Assembly (NCBI GenBank): GCA_039024555.1
Contig: JBCCQQ010000009.1
Span: 1-64,000, forward strand
DNA length: 64,000 bases
Direction: 5' to 3'
Source: Cyanobacteria bacterium P01_D01_bin.156
Lineage (GTDB): Bacteria; Cyanobacteriota; Cyanobacteriia; Phormidesmidales; Phormidesmidaceae
A model generated the notes under the pieces. That model did no database searches. It was given only the letters and a program-made list of their open reading frames with translations, and had not been told where the DNA came from. Below, piece by piece: positions 51,308 through 62,343 of the stretch. How positions within the stretch are numbered: position 1 is the first letter of the stretch; every line of letters begins with the position of its first letter. A program made the translations under genes and the position numbers.

Positions 51308-53524
51308 CTATTCCTTTTGCAGAAGTTCCGAGAAAGCCAGATCTTCCGCAGCAAGCACAAAGATAGTTGGTGGCAGTCCTACTGTCTTTTCCTGTAAGGA
51401 TGTGTAGTAATTGGCAAATTGCTCTTCTGGAGGAGCTAGGCCCATGAGGACTAAGTCTGCTGTTTTCGAGGACTCTATAAGAATCTTGTTGAAGGGTTTA
51501 TCTTCAGCGACAATAATTTTAGACTGTGCACCAATACTCAAAGTATCAATTAGCTTGTCAAGATTAGACTGAGCAGCTTGGGCAGCTGCTTGATTTGGAA
51601 CAACTAATTTGAGGTGGATAGTAGCGGAACGCCATCGCATACTGGTACGAAGAAGATAGGCTAGAATCAGCATCAATCCTCCGTTTGACTGTAAGCCTCC
51701 CCACCAAACATCGATACGCTTTGGTAGTTGCGGCATTTTCCCAGGGGGGTTTCTAAGAATCACGATATTGCGTTTGGCCTGATGACATTTGCGAACAATC
51801 TGGCAATATCTCTGGCGTGCTTGATAGTCGTCTGTTTCGGTATCTCCTAATAAAACCGTGTTTGGTAGAAGTGGGCCAATACCATAGGTGTCAACCAATT
51901 GTTGTGCCCCGGTAGAGGTATCTTCTGCTTCAATGAGTTTGACAAATGCTTGAATGCCTCGCTTTTCTAGGTAATCACGTATTGTGCTGCGGATCTTTTC
52001 CTGTTGCATGAGGTTACGAGCACCCGTTGGTAGGATGCTTGCAACTGTAATCAATCCGCGGTTGTGTGTGAAATCAGTGGCAAGTTCAATCAAGTGCCAG
52101 CGCTTGGTAGGAGCACCTGAAAGAACTAGTAAATGAGGTCGCCAATTTTTGGGGTCAGCATTATCGGCAATGTTTAATAAGCCGGTACGTACTAGAGATA
52201 GCCAAATGCCTTGGCGTACATCTCCCCAGGTGGTGCGAATTTCTCGCCGTTCTAACCATAGATAAATGGTTAGAACGATCATGGCAGCTGCTACTGTAGC
52301 CCCTGGGTTAATCAAAAACATGATGGCTATACAACCTAGGGCTCCCAGTATAGACACATACCAGGGGACTCGAAATGTGGGACGAAAAGACGGGCTTTGT
52401 AAAAACCCTTCAATGCCTGCTGCTACATTAAGCACCATATAGGTCGTAAGAAAAAACATGGTGAGTACTGGAGCGATCGCATTTAGATCACCAATGCAGA
52501 CTACGGCCAATACCACACCCAGAGTAAACCAGGTCCCCAGCCTCGGTTCATCGCTGGGACCGTGACCATGGCCCAGCCATCGTAATCGCTTAGGTAGGAT
52601 ATTATCGCGGGCTAGGGCCTGAAGCACACGAGGTGCGCCCAGAATGCTGCCAATGGCGCTGGAAAGGGTGGCTCCCCATACCCCTAGTAAAATGGCATCT
52701 CCCCAAAACGCGATTTTACGCATGATCAACTTGTCGGCGATCAAACTATTGGGATCCGCACGACTGCTGAGGATTAGGGGAATGCCCATATAGATCAAGT
52801 AACCTACTCCAACAGCCGCCAGGGTGCCGATGGGAATCGATTTTTTGGGGTCTTTGAGGTCACCGGACATATTCACGCCAGACATAATGCCGGTAACTGC
52901 CGGAAAGAAGACGGCAAGTACAGCCCAAAATCCTACATTGCCAGCATCTTCAGGGACGGGTAGATCGGTGGGCGGAGCATCTTGGCCAAAGACTAAACTG
53001 ATGAGCGACAGTAAAATCGCAGCCATAATGACATATTGTGCTTTGATCGCAATATCCGCAGACTTTAGAGCTAAAGCTGTCACGGCGATAGTTGTTACTA
53101 TCGCTAACAAGGTAATAGTGACAGGTAGACCCGGAAACGCTTCAAGTACGCTTTCTGCAAAACCGATAGTGTAAAGAGCCACAGAAAATGCCTGGGCAAA
53201 GTAAAGGGGAATGCCTACGGCACCTCCAGTTTCAATGCCTAGAGAGCGGCTAATCATGTAATAAGCACCACCAGCACGTACAACTTGGTCAGTTGCGATC
53301 GCACTAATAGAAAGGCCCGTAATAAATGTAATAACGGTCGAAATAGTAACAATTAATAAAGTGTTAACTAATCCCATTTGGCCTACTACCCAGCCAAATC
53401 GGAGGTACATAATGACCCCCAGGATAGTCAAAATAGAAGGCGTGAAAACTCCACCGAATGTACCGAGCCCAGTACTGTTAGTCTCAATTACTTTGGAAGA
53501 CGATTCAGGTGCACGCGATGTCAT
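51308..53524 (-). CDS. Cation-chloride cotransporter (SLC12/Na-K-Cl-like, APC superfamily)
   Basis: GTFGGVFTPSILTILGVIMYLRFGWVVG, GGAYYMISRSLG, FFPAVTGIMSG, KNWRPHLL, IDVWW C-terminal domain. Confidence 0.93.
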   Translation of the reverse strand: MTSRAPESSSKVIETNSTGLGTFGGVFTPSILTILGVIMYLRFGWVVGQMGLVNTLLIVTISTVITFITGLSISAIATDQVVRAGGAYYMISRSLGIETGGAVGIPLYFAQAFSVALYTIGFAESVLEAFPGLPVTITLLAIVTTIAVTALALKSADIAIKAQYVIMAAILLSLISLVFGQDAPPTDLPVPEDAGNVGFWAVLAVFFPAVTGIMSGVNMSGDLKDPKKSIPIGTLAAVGVGYLIYMGIPLILSSRADPNSLIADKLIMRKIAFWGDAILLGVWGATLSSAIGSILGAPRVLQALARDNILPKRLRWLGHGHGPSDEPRLGTWFTLGVVLAVVCIGDLNAIAPVLTMFFLTTYMVLNVAAGIEGFLQSPSFRPTFRVPWYVSILGALGCIAIMFLINPGATVAAAMIVLTIYLWLERREIRTTWGDVRQGIWLSLVRTGLLNIADNADPKNWRPHLLVLSGAPTKRWHLIELATDFTHNRGLITVASILPTGARNLMQQEKIRSTIRDYLEKRGIQAFVKLIEAEDTSTGAQQLVDTYGIGPLLPNTVLLGDTETDDYQARQRYCQIVRKCHQAKRNIVILRNPPGKMPQLPKRIDVWWGGLQSNGGLMLILAYLLRTSMRWRSATIHLKLVVPNQAAAQAAQSNLDKLIDTLSIGAQSKIIVAEDKPFNKILIESSKTADLVLMGLAPPEEQFANYYTSLQEKTVGLPPTIFVLAAEDLAFSELLQKE

Positions 53525-53937
53525 TGTTAGAAATGCGTTAGATCATCTTAATTTAGCTGGCAATGGTATCAACGTGCTACCGCACTCAGAAGTTCATATG
53601 ACACCTTGTCTCTGTAAACCTAGTGTGATGTAAAGCTGAATGGCAATGATTGCCTGGAAGCAATATTCCAGAGCACCCTACTAGAATAGGACGAGGCCAC
53701 ACTGCGCTACTGACTAGTGGTTTTGAGCAAGAGATGCAAATCTGCAGGAAGACTTTTCCAAACAATGACCAGTCGCTCAATTCGGATGCACAGCGGGAGG
53801 TGGAGGTGCTCACGAAAGAGGTAAAGAAGCTATTGCCAATCTCTTGCCTGATGAAACTTGAAAAACCGTGGTGGGCTTATGGCGTTTGAAAAGCTCCTTG
53901 ATGCAAAGGAATAGGTACAGTATGTTCATTGCCCGCA

Positions 53938-55107
53938 TTATTTTGATGCCTGCATGACTAGGAGTGTACCAACGACTAGTCCAAGAAAAGGTGGTAACCA
54001 TGCAGCGGCTATGGGGTCTAACGTTCCAACCTTGCCAAGCGCATCAGCAATGAACCCTACCAGATAGTAACCAAAAATAATGATAATGCTAACCCCAAAG
54101 CTGGTTGCTTTACCCGTTCTCTGGGGGCGAATACCGACTGCCGAGCCAACAATCCCAAAAACGATACAGACAAAAGGTAGAGCGTAGCGTTGCTGCAGAC
54201 GCAATTCCCACACTCTAATTCTGCGTTCATTTCCAGATTTGCGAACAATCTGATTGAGGTGCTGTCGGGTTTCAGCGATGTTCATTTCATCATCGCCTTT
54301 ATTGCGGGAAGCTAGGTCTAAAGGGGTGCGAGGTAAGTCGAGTTCTTGGCGATCAAATTTGACAATGTGACCAAAGGAGCCATCTGGCGAGATAGCGTAG
54401 ATTGTCCCATTGAAGAATGTCCAGACATTATCTAGGAAGTTCCAAGTGGCGGTTTCAGCGCTGACGACCTGCTCAAGACCTGTTTGAGAAAAGTCCAAGA
54501 TTGTCAAACCCTTCATTTCTTCGCCATTAAATCGTCGGGCGTAGAATAATCTTCCAAGTTCTCTGCCGCTGCCATCTTTGGCCTGTTGGTATTCCTGGTA
54601 CATGATGTTGCGTTCTCGAAATGGAGGTTTTTCGGAGTTGAACGCCTGTTCCAACATCACTGTTGCCCGATAGTTTGCAGCTGGAGTAATGACTTCATTA
54701 AAGACAAATGTTAGTCCCGTGATAAGGATGCTGAGCACAAAAGCAGGTGCAATAATGCGGCGTACGCTAACACCACACCCCCTTAATGCCGTTAGTTCAC
54801 TATCGCTGGAAAAACGACTGTAGGTCATCATTGTTGCCAGCAGTGTTGACATGGGAAATGCCAACACTACAAATTCTGGCATTTTTAACACAAAGACCTG
54901 TAGTGCTAGGCCTACTTCTAAACCAGATTCAGTTACTTTTCGAATCAGGTCAAACAGTGCTCCTACAGATACTAGGATTGAAGAAAATGCACCAACGCCA
55001 AAGAGAAACGGTAAAGAGAGCTCCTTGGCAATATAACGATCCATGATTGACAAGGATGGCCACCAGCTCAGAAATGAACGAGACGTGTCGGAGGAAATGG
55101 TGGACAT
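53938..55107 (-). CDS. LptF/LptG family permease
   Basis: IMDRYI, DSELTALRGCGVS and AAWLP motifs; downstream of lptB. Confidence 0.94.
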   Translation of the reverse strand: MSTISSDTSRSFLSWWPSLSIMDRYIAKELSLPFLFGVGAFSSILVSVGALFDLIRKVTESGLEVGLALQVFVLKMPEFVVLAFPMSTLLATMMTYSRFSSDSELTALRGCGVSVRRIIAPAFVLSILITGLTFVFNEVITPAANYRATVMLEQAFNSEKPPFRERNIMYQEYQQAKDGSGRELGRLFYARRFNGEEMKGLTILDFSQTGLEQVVSAETATWNFLDNVWTFFNGTIYAISPDGSFGHIVKFDRQELDLPRTPLDLASRNKGDDEMNIAETRQHLNQIVRKSGNERRIRVWELRLQQRYALPFVCIVFGIVGSAVGIRPQRTGKATSFGVSIIIIFGYYLVGFIADALGKVGTLDPIAAAWLPPFLGLVVGTLLVMQASK

Positions 55108-55183
55108 GGGGCAATGGCGGTGGGGTGGGTTAAGGAAAATGCAACGCCCAGTTTGTTCAAACTAAGCGACTTTAGAGGTTGGA

Positions 55184-55963
55184 TTACAATTTGAAGTCAT
55201 CCCCTAGGTAGTGCTCGCGTACTAATGGGTTCGAGGCTAAATCTTCAGCACTTCCATAAGCTAAGATGCGTCCATCGCTCATAATATATGCGCGGTCAAT
55301 AATCCGCAGTGTTTCGCGCACATTATGGTCCGTGATAAGAATGCCCATTTTGCGATCGCGTAAGTTAGATACAATTTCCTGAATTTCTGAAACAGCAATT
55401 GGATCTACACCTGCAAAAGGTTCATCTAGAAACAAAAATGTAGGCCCTTGTTTGCCAGTTGCTAAAGCACGAGCCAATTCTGTTCGTCGCCGTTCTCCGC
55501 CAGAAACCTGAATTCCCAACGTATCAGCCACCTTGTCTAAGCGAAACTCTCGTATCAGCGTTGCCAATCGTTCAGGACGCTCATGTTTAGGAACTCGTGT
55601 TTGCTCCATGACCAAGCGAATATTATCTTCGACTGTTAGATTCCGAAAGATACTTGCTTCTTGAGCTAAATATCCAATCCCTAATCTGGCTCGTTCATGG
55701 ATAGATAACTTAGTGATCTCTTGGCCGTTTAATCTGACAGTGCCTTGATCAGGATGCTCTAATCCAATAGCCATATAGAATGTGGTTGTTTTGCCTGCCC
55801 CATTAGGTCCCAATAAGCCTACAATTTCCCCTTGAGCAACTGACACACTTACACCACGAACGATAGTTCGTTTTCCGTAGGACTTATGAACATTCTCCAA
55901 AGCTAAAACGGCTTCTGATGAGTGCAAGCTCTGAGAGGTAGAGCCAATAGCAGATGAGAGCAT
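55184..55963 (-). CDS. lptB: LPS export ABC transporter ATPase
   Basis: GPNGAGKTT, YLAQEASIF, SGGERRR, DEPFAGVDP, ITDHNVRETL. Confidence 0.97.
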   Translation of the reverse strand: MLSSAIGSTSQSLHSSEAVLALENVHKSYGKRTIVRGVSVSVAQGEIVGLLGPNGAGKTTTFYMAIGLEHPDQGTVRLNGQEITKLSIHERARLGIGYLAQEASIFRNLTVEDNIRLVMEQTRVPKHERPERLATLIREFRLDKVADTLGIQVSGGERRRTELARALATGKQGPTFLFLDEPFAGVDPIAVSEIQEIVSNLRDRKMGILITDHNVRETLRIIDRAYIMSDGRILAYGSAEDLASNPLVREHYLGDDFKL

Positions 55964-56488
55964 TTATTCATCCGTTGGGACAGCAAAATCGGGCAATTCC
56001 TCAGGCAAGGCTGGGAGTGTGGTTTCAGGTTCGGGTTGAGGGGCTACACCAGGCTCTTCAGTGGGCTCTGGCAAAACATAAACTGATTCAACCTGCTCAT
56101 TGGTGCTTGGGGTCGCTACAAATCGTCCTTCATCAATGAGATATGTGACGACCTCAGCTTCTATCGTATTAGCTTCCTGCTGCACAAAGACTTCCCCTGT
56201 TAGTACAATGCGTCTTTCTCGACTGTAGTACTGGGCCTGTGCAGATGTGGCGTAAATTGCCTGTTCAGGATACTCAATTCTTACATTACCCCGGGCTGTA
56301 ATAATTCCATTATTAGCATCTGCTTCTTGAACATCGGCTCTCAACGTAATCGAGCCACCACCAGACTGTGCTTGGGAGGGAAAATTGGTGCTGGCTAACA
56401 TGATCAGTAATGCCAACACACCGACCCTACAGCGCTGAATCGGCCTAGAAAAAGGGGATTTTAAAGTATGCCCACTTAATACAACCAT
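55964..56488 (-). CDS. lptA: LptA/OstA family protein
   Basis: Signal peptide followed by ADVQEA..ARGNV..ATSAQAQY..IVLTGEV; adjacent to lptB. Confidence 0.88.
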   Translation of the reverse strand: MVVLSGHTLKSPFSRPIQRCRVGVLALLIMLASTNFPSQAQSGGGSITLRADVQEADANNGIITARGNVRIEYPEQAIYATSAQAQYYSRERRIVLTGEVFVQQEANTIEAEVVTYLIDEGRFVATPSTNEQVESVYVLPEPTEEPGVAPQPEPETTLPALPEELPDFAVPTDE

Positions 56489-56768
56489 GGTCTGCTCTCA
56501 GCTATTACCCACTATTAATCTATCGCTTGATGTCGTTCTAAGAAGTCGTTCTGGCCCAGTTCTGCCACTGGCTGGTTGTGAATTAAAACATACCTATGGT
56601 CAGATCTATCTACTGGCCGTGCGCATAAGTTCTTATTGTTGGGCTGTTTAGAGTATTTTTGCAAACCTTGGGAACGACTTTTTCAAAAGTCACTTCATAA
56701 AAGAATGGATGGAGAATAAGTGGCACACAATAGCAAGGGATAGATTAAAAGAAGTCTTCCCCATATGC

Positions 56769-57245
56769 TTATACCTTTTTGATTTTGGGGACTATCAACT
56801 TAGTGTCACTGTCAAGCTTGACTATAAATGCTACCTCGTCTGATAAGACAGGTCCTAATTGATGTACCTGTTCAGGACCCAGGGTTTGTAGAGCTGTTAA
56901 CCAATTGATAGCCTGATCAACTAAATCAGCGACATCAATACCTCCATAGGACTCACCATAGTCATCTAAACGATGACTACCCTCTCCTAATAAAATAGCA
57001 GCCCCCTGCCAGTTGAGATTGGTGAGATGGTAAAGGCCAACAGCAATTTGAAGAATGCCCTGATAAAAGCCTCGCTCAGACTGCTTAGCATCCATCCAAA
57101 TGGCTTCTAGTGTGTCGTGGCAGGCGTAATATTCACCTTGATTAAATTGCGTGACCCCAATCCAGAATTCATCAGGCTGCTCATGATTGCTTGTAGATTC
57201 AATGGGATTCAGCATGGGTAGGCTACAGCTAGCAGAATCTTGCAA
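56769..57245 (-). CDS. DUF309 domain protein
   Basis: [17 protein letters not shown]...[13 protein letters not shown]. Confidence 0.92.
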   Translation of the reverse strand: MQDSASCSLPMLNPIESTSNHEQPDEFWIGVTQFNQGEYYACHDTLEAIWMDAKQSERGFYQGILQIAVGLYHLTNLNWQGAAILLGEGSHRLDDYGESYGGIDVADLVDQAINWLTALQTLGPEQVHQLGPVLSDEVAFIVKLDSDTKLIVPKIKKV

Positions 57246-57268
57246 ATGTTATTCTCCACTTTGAGTGT

Positions 57269-58717
57269 GTGTTGTTTGGAGTGTCAAGTATGGTAATGTC
57301 GCCTTTTAAGCCTCAGCAGACAAATTTTGGTACCGGTTGGCAACCTCTAGATTTGCCTATGTCGCCGCTGTTTGGAACCGATGGGATTCGTAGTCGTGCA
57401 GGTGAATTGCTGACAGCTCCTTTAGCATTGCAAGTGGGATTTTGGGCTGGTCAAATTCTCCGTCAGCAGCAGTCAGGAGCTATTGTGCTGGGGCAAGATT
57501 CTCGTAACTCTAGCCCCATGATTGCATCTGCTCTTGCGGCTGGGCTTACTTCCGCTGGTGTGGAGGTGTGGGATATGGGATTGTGCCCAACTGCAGCGGT
57601 TGCTTTTATGGCAGGCGATGCTTGTACAGCCGGTGGCATTATGATTTCGGCTAGCCATAATCCTCCTGGCGATAATGGCATCAAGTTTTTTGGGGCTGAT
57701 GGAACGAAGTTAGAAAAAGCACTACAGGCGGCAATTGAACAGGCTCTGCGCCAAGGTTCATGCTCCAGCTCGTTTCATCCCGGTAATCAGTGGGGCGCTA
57801 CCTATCATCGCCCCGAACTGGTTGATCGTTATATTGAATTCTTGCATCAGCCTTTTTCTGCTCAAAATTATTTGAGTGGTATGCGTATTGTTTTGGATTT
57901 GGCCTGGGGCGCAGCTACTCGCGTTGCCCAGCAAGTTTTTGAAGCGACTGGGGCAGAGGTCATTATTATTCATGGTTGTGCGGATGGTAATCGGATCAAC
58001 GTTAACTGTGGGTCCACACACCTAAGCTCTCTGAAAGCTGCTGTTGCTGAGCATAAAGCTGATATCGGTTTTGCATTTGATGGGGATGCAGATCGGGTGA
58101 TGGCCGTTGATAATCAAGGCCGTGTAGTGAATGGTGACTATATCCTTTATTTCTGGGGACAAACCCTTAAACATATAGGCCAGCTCCCCGACAATACAAT
58201 CATCTCAACTGTGATGGCTAATTTAGGATTTGAGCGAGCTTGGCAAAAGCAAGGGGGCACTCTGGTTCGTACGAAAGTTGGCGATCAACATGTCCATGCG
58301 GAAATGGTTGCCCGAGGCGCAATGCTGGGGGGTGAGCAGTCGGGGCATATTCTCTGTCACCATTACAGTCTGACTGGCGATGGCATTTTGACGGCTCTAC
58401 ATTTGGCGAATTGGCTGAAGCAGGCGGAGTGCTGTTTACCTACACTCATTGATCAAAGTTTTGCACCCTATCCACAACAGCTCAAAAATGTATGTGTTAA
58501 AGATCGGGAAAAACGACGTACTTGGTCTGATTGTGAACCTGTACAGCAGGTGATTTCAAAAGCTGAATCGGCTATGGGCGATCAAGGTCGCGTTTTAGTT
58601 AGGGCTTCTGGAACAGAACCTGTGATCCGGGTCATGGTGGAAGCTGCTGATGCTGGGTTGGTGGATTACTGGACGAACACCATAGCTGACGCTGTGTCAG
58701 TGCATGTGGCTAGTTAA
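57269..58717 (+). CDS. glmM: Phosphoglucosamine mutase
   Basis: FGTDGIR, ISASHNP, FDGDADR, GGEQSGH, RASGTEP; start uncertain. Confidence 0.96.
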   Translation: MLFGVSSMVMSPFKPQQTNFGTGWQPLDLPMSPLFGTDGIRSRAGELLTAPLALQVGFWAGQILRQQQSGAIVLGQDSRNSSPMIASALAAGLTSAGVEVWDMGLCPTAAVAFMAGDACTAGGIMISASHNPPGDNGIKFFGADGTKLEKALQAAIEQALRQGSCSSSFHPGNQWGATYHRPELVDRYIEFLHQPFSAQNYLSGMRIVLDLAWGAATRVAQQVFEATGAEVIIIHGCADGNRINVNCGSTHLSSLKAAVAEHKADIGFAFDGDADRVMAVDNQGRVVNGDYILYFWGQTLKHIGQLPDNTIISTVMANLGFERAWQKQGGTLVRTKVGDQHVHAEMVARGAMLGGEQSGHILCHHYSLTGDGILTALHLANWLKQAECCLPTLIDQSFAPYPQQLKNVCVKDREKRRTWSDCEPVQQVISKAESAMGDQGRVLVRASGTEPVIRVMVEAADAGLVDYWTNTIADAVSVHVAS

Positions 58718-58947
58718 GCAGCGTCACTGTGTCTAGATTAGTGATATGTAGACACAGTGCATCGTTTATCCGTAAGCAGGATGTTTTTTGGTTGTTATGC
58801 CCAAGGTATATCCTGCTTACGCATCACTGATTCAATTGTATTGCTCAGAAAGGGGCGTATAAAAAAGCTCTATGGCTTGCGCCTGACCATGACGGTGTGA
58901 CATCATAGATCCCCTGTGTCAATAATTGCTAGCTAGCACCATCGATC

Positions 58948-59136
58948 ATGGCAAAAGGCGTCCGCATTATCATTACGTTGGAATGTACGGAGTGTCGTAG
59001 TAATCCCAGTAAGCGCTCTAAGGGAGTTTCACGCTACACCACCCAAAAAAATCGTCGGAATACAACCGGCCGTTTAGAACTTAAAAAGTTCTGTACCCAT
59101 TGCAACACCCATACTGTTCATAAAGAAATTAAGTAG
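58948..59136 (+). CDS. rpmG: 50S ribosomal protein L33 (Zn-ribbon, C+ type)
   Basis: LECTEC...RYTTQKN...[10 protein letters not shown]. Confidence 0.99.
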   Translation: MAKGVRIIITLECTECRSNPSKRSKGVSRYTTQKNRRNTTGRLELKKFCTHCNTHTVHKEIK

Positions 59137-59146
59137 CATAAGCACC

Positions 59147-59362
59147 ATGGCCTATTTTCGTCGTCGGGTATCGCCTATTAAGCCCGAAGAAAAAATTGAT
59201 TATAAGGATGTTGACTTGCTGCGTAAGTTTATTACTGAACGTGGCAAGATTTTACCCCGACGTATTACTGGTTTAACTGCTAAGCAGCAGCGTGATTTGA
59301 CAGTTGCGATTAAGCGGGCTCGTATCCTGGCATTACTCCCGTATGTGAATCGCGAAGGTTAA
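59147..59362 (+). CDS. rpsR: 30S ribosomal protein S18
   Basis: [26 protein letters not shown]. Confidence 0.99.
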   Translation: MAYFRRRVSPIKPEEKIDYKDVDLLRKFITERGKILPRRITGLTAKQQRDLTVAIKRARILALLPYVNREG

Positions 59363-59481
59363 GTCCCTAACGGCTTTGTTAGCTGAGCTATTGATAGTTC
59401 AACAATTCTGTTATTTAAAGTGCTCGAAAGTTCTTCGATAACAGTAAGCCAGCAATAAAACCATAATGGTAAGGATCTAGG

Positions 59482-61530
59482 TTGGTGGAAAAGGGAACGC
59501 TGATCGAGTTTAAGGTGCAAGGAGCTCCACGTTTAGGGGTAGCTGATCGCCCGGAAGGTAAAAAAAACTGGGTAGTGATCGATGGTAACGGTCAGTCTCA
59601 TGTTTTACACCCTCGTCAGATTACCTATATTGTTGGTGAAGGTAGTTATCAGCCAGCGGATATCGCTAGTTTTTTGGCTGAAGCTGAACCGAACATTGAT
59701 CCTGAAAGCCTTGAAGTGGCTTGGGAATTTTTGCAAGAAGCTGGTGAGTCAACTGACCCAGCTTCTTTGGCATTGCTGCTTTTTTCTGAGCAATCTCCTG
59801 CACTTTGCTACGCGGCTTACTGTTTGCTCAGCACCGATAAAGTCTTTTTCAAGTGTAAAGGGGAACATTACGAGCCTCGTTCGGCGAAGCAGGTTGATGA
59901 GGTGCGTCATCAGCAGGCTCGAGAATCTGCCCGCAAGCGTGAGTGGGAAGGGTTTTTGGTGCGAGCGCGCCAAGCTTTAGCTGGTAATCAGCAAGACAAT
60001 GATGAAAATGCGGCTGTTCTGACGGTTCAATGGGAAAAGACGGATCGTTCTCGCCTAGATTTATTAGAGCGCTACGCTACTCTAGGGGAAGACTGCTCGC
60101 AAAAAACAGCGGCACAAGAGATTTTATTGGCACTGAATTTGGGCACGGATGCTGAAAGTGCATTTCGACTCTTGGTGGATTTAGGACTGTGGAGTCCTCA
60201 TGAAAATCTAGCACTGCGGCGTAGTCAGATTCCGGTTCATATTCCTGATGCTATTAATGCCATGGTGCAGCAGCGTATTGATAATCCTCCACCGGATGCT
60301 GATACGGATCGACTCGATCTAACCCATCTGAAGGTATATACCATCGACGATGAAAGTACTCGTGAAATTGATGATGGCCTTAGCCTAGAGAATTTGCAGG
60401 ATGGTCGTACGCGTATTTGGGTGCATATTGCTGACCCGACTCGTTGGCTGTTGCCCGGTGATGAGATTGATTTAGAGGCCCGTCGTCGCTGTACAACTGT
60501 ATATTTGCCAACGGGAATGATTCCCATGTTTCCGGAAGCTTTGGCTACAGGCCCCATGAGCTTACGGCAAGGGCAGTTATGTTGTGCGCTCAGTTTTGGT
60601 GTGGTCTTAAATGAAGCAGCAGCAGTTGAAGAGTATGCAATTCGAGCGAGCTTGATCAAGCCTACCTATCGTCTTACCTATGATGATGTGGATGAAATGT
60701 TGGAGCTGGGTCTCAAGGCTGAACCTGAGCTGAATGCGATCGCAGTTTGGGCTAAGCTGCGACGCCAATGGCGTAAGTCCCAGGGAGCTATTTCTATCAA
60801 TATGCCTGAGTCATCTATTAAAGTGATTGACGAAGAAATTACGATTGATGTTTTAGAAAATTCCCAGTCCCGACAAACCGTTGCAGAAATGATGATCTTG
60901 GCTGGGGAAGTGGCCGCTCGCTATGGCGAAGCTAATGCCTTGGCAATTCCTTTCCGAAGTCAACCAGAACCAGAGCTGCCATCTGATAACGAGCTGCTGC
61001 AGTTACCATCGGGCTGGGTTAGAGATTCTGCTATTCGTCGCTGTATGCCTCGTAGTGAAATGGGTATTAACCCTGCTCGCCATGCCACCTTGGGGTTGGA
61101 CTATTATAGCCAGGTGACCTCACCGATTCGACGCTACACCGACTTGCTGGCCCATTTTCAACTCAAGGCCCATTTACGAGGAGAAACTTTACCATTTTCT
61201 CCTGAAGAAATGACAGAACTCACCCAGGGGGTATCTACGGCTGCCTATGAGGCCGTGACTGTAGAACGTCAGACTAAACGCTATTGGGCATTAGAGTTTT
61301 TGCGTCGTCAGGGAGCGCAAGCTTGGCCAGCCATGCTGCTCCGTTGGTTACGCGAACATGAAAATCTAGGGCTAGTGATAATTGAAGACCTGGGATTAGA
61401 ATTAGCCATGCGATTTGACACTCCACCAGTTCTAGGAGAACGCTTTGAAGTTAAGGTGGTCCATGCGAATCCCAGGCAGGATTTTATTCGTTTAGAGTTA
61501 GTGCCGCTGACGAATGAAGCAGTGGCATGA
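59482..61530 (+). CDS. RNase II/RNB-family exoribonuclease
   Basis: TIDDESTREIDDG, VHIADP, HATLGL, TSPIRRYTDL. Confidence 0.96.
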   Translation: MVEKGTLIEFKVQGAPRLGVADRPEGKKNWVVIDGNGQSHVLHPRQITYIVGEGSYQPADIASFLAEAEPNIDPESLEVAWEFLQEAGESTDPASLALLLFSEQSPALCYAAYCLLSTDKVFFKCKGEHYEPRSAKQVDEVRHQQARESARKREWEGFLVRARQALAGNQQDNDENAAVLTVQWEKTDRSRLDLLERYATLGEDCSQKTAAQEILLALNLGTDAESAFRLLVDLGLWSPHENLALRRSQIPVHIPDAINAMVQQRIDNPPPDADTDRLDLTHLKVYTIDDESTREIDDGLSLENLQDGRTRIWVHIADPTRWLLPGDEIDLEARRRCTTVYLPTGMIPMFPEALATGPMSLRQGQLCCALSFGVVLNEAAAVEEYAIRASLIKPTYRLTYDDVDEMLELGLKAEPELNAIAVWAKLRRQWRKSQGAISINMPESSIKVIDEEITIDVLENSQSRQTVAEMMILAGEVAARYGEANALAIPFRSQPEPELPSDNELLQLPSGWVRDSAIRRCMPRSEMGINPARHATLGLDYYSQVTSPIRRYTDLLAHFQLKAHLRGETLPFSPEEMTELTQGVSTAAYEAVTVERQTKRYWALEFLRRQGAQAWPAMLLRWLREHENLGLVIIEDLGLELAMRFDTPPVLGERFEVKVVHANPRQDFIRLELVPLTNEAVA

Positions 61531-62231
61531 CCCCTCAGCCTTTTTTGCATACGACTCCCGGTGAGCTGCTTGGCGATACTCTGAGGCAAACCGTTTCTAT
61601 TGCTCTCGTTGATGGTCAAACTCGACAGTTTCAAGTTGTACTGCCCACTAGTATTGACACGTTGTTAGATCACCCAACGACGCATACTGCCTTTGCTGCA
61701 GACGAATACATGCCCTATTGGGCAGAGCTTTGGCCAGCTGCTTTAATGTTAGGACGGCGTTTAGCCCAGCGGACATGGACGTCTAATCCAAAAGCACTAG
61801 AGGTGGGCTGTGGTGTCGGTTTTGCAGGGCTAGTAGCTTTAGCTCTGGGGATGGAGGTAATCTTTAGCGATTATGATGTGGCTGCTCTTGATTTTGCCGC
61901 TCGTAATGCAAGATTAAATGGATTTACGCGGTTTCAAACCTTGCCCCTAGACTGGCGTCATCCTCCCAAGGGGTTAAAGGTCCCCTTAATCCTGGCTGCT
62001 GACGTTATCTATGAAACCCGCAATATTACTCCCTTGTTGCAGCTGATCAAGGCTTTGCTCAGTGCAGATGGTGAGTTCTGGCTGGCAGATCCGGATCGCC
62101 CACAAAAAGAGGCTTTTCAGCAAGCGTTATATGAGCAAAACTTTGGATTTGAGGCAATGAAGACTGTCTTAGAACGGCCTGAGCAGCCCACTGTCAGAGG
62201 AACGGTCTATCGAATCTGGCGAGTAAACTAG
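61527..62231 (+). CDS. Class I SAM methyltransferase (Methyltransf_16/METTL21-like)
   Basis: PYWAELWPAA, LEVGCGVG, SDYD, LDW, AADVIYE; ATGA overlap with the RNase gene. Confidence 0.88.
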   Translation: MTPQPFLHTTPGELLGDTLRQTVSIALVDGQTRQFQVVLPTSIDTLLDHPTTHTAFAADEYMPYWAELWPAALMLGRRLAQRTWTSNPKALEVGCGVGFAGLVALALGMEVIFSDYDVAALDFAARNARLNGFTRFQTLPLDWRHPPKGLKVPLILAADVIYETRNITPLLQLIKALLSADGEFWLADPDRPQKEAFQQALYEQNFGFEAMKTVLERPEQPTVRGTVYRIWRVN

Positions 62232-62343
62232 TTCATAACAGCGCCGTGAGATCGCAGCCAAGACTCTTCTTTATTAGATAGTCCGCTCACTTGGTTAAAA
62301 TGAGTTCCTTCTGTTTTTGGTCGGGCCTATGTGGATGTGTTGC

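Noticed and set aside
53586..54001. Three short ORFs between the cotransporter and lptF/G, including the 79-aa 53650-53889
   Set aside because: No RBS, motif or recognisable similarity; a decayed gene fragment cannot be excluded but is unsupported
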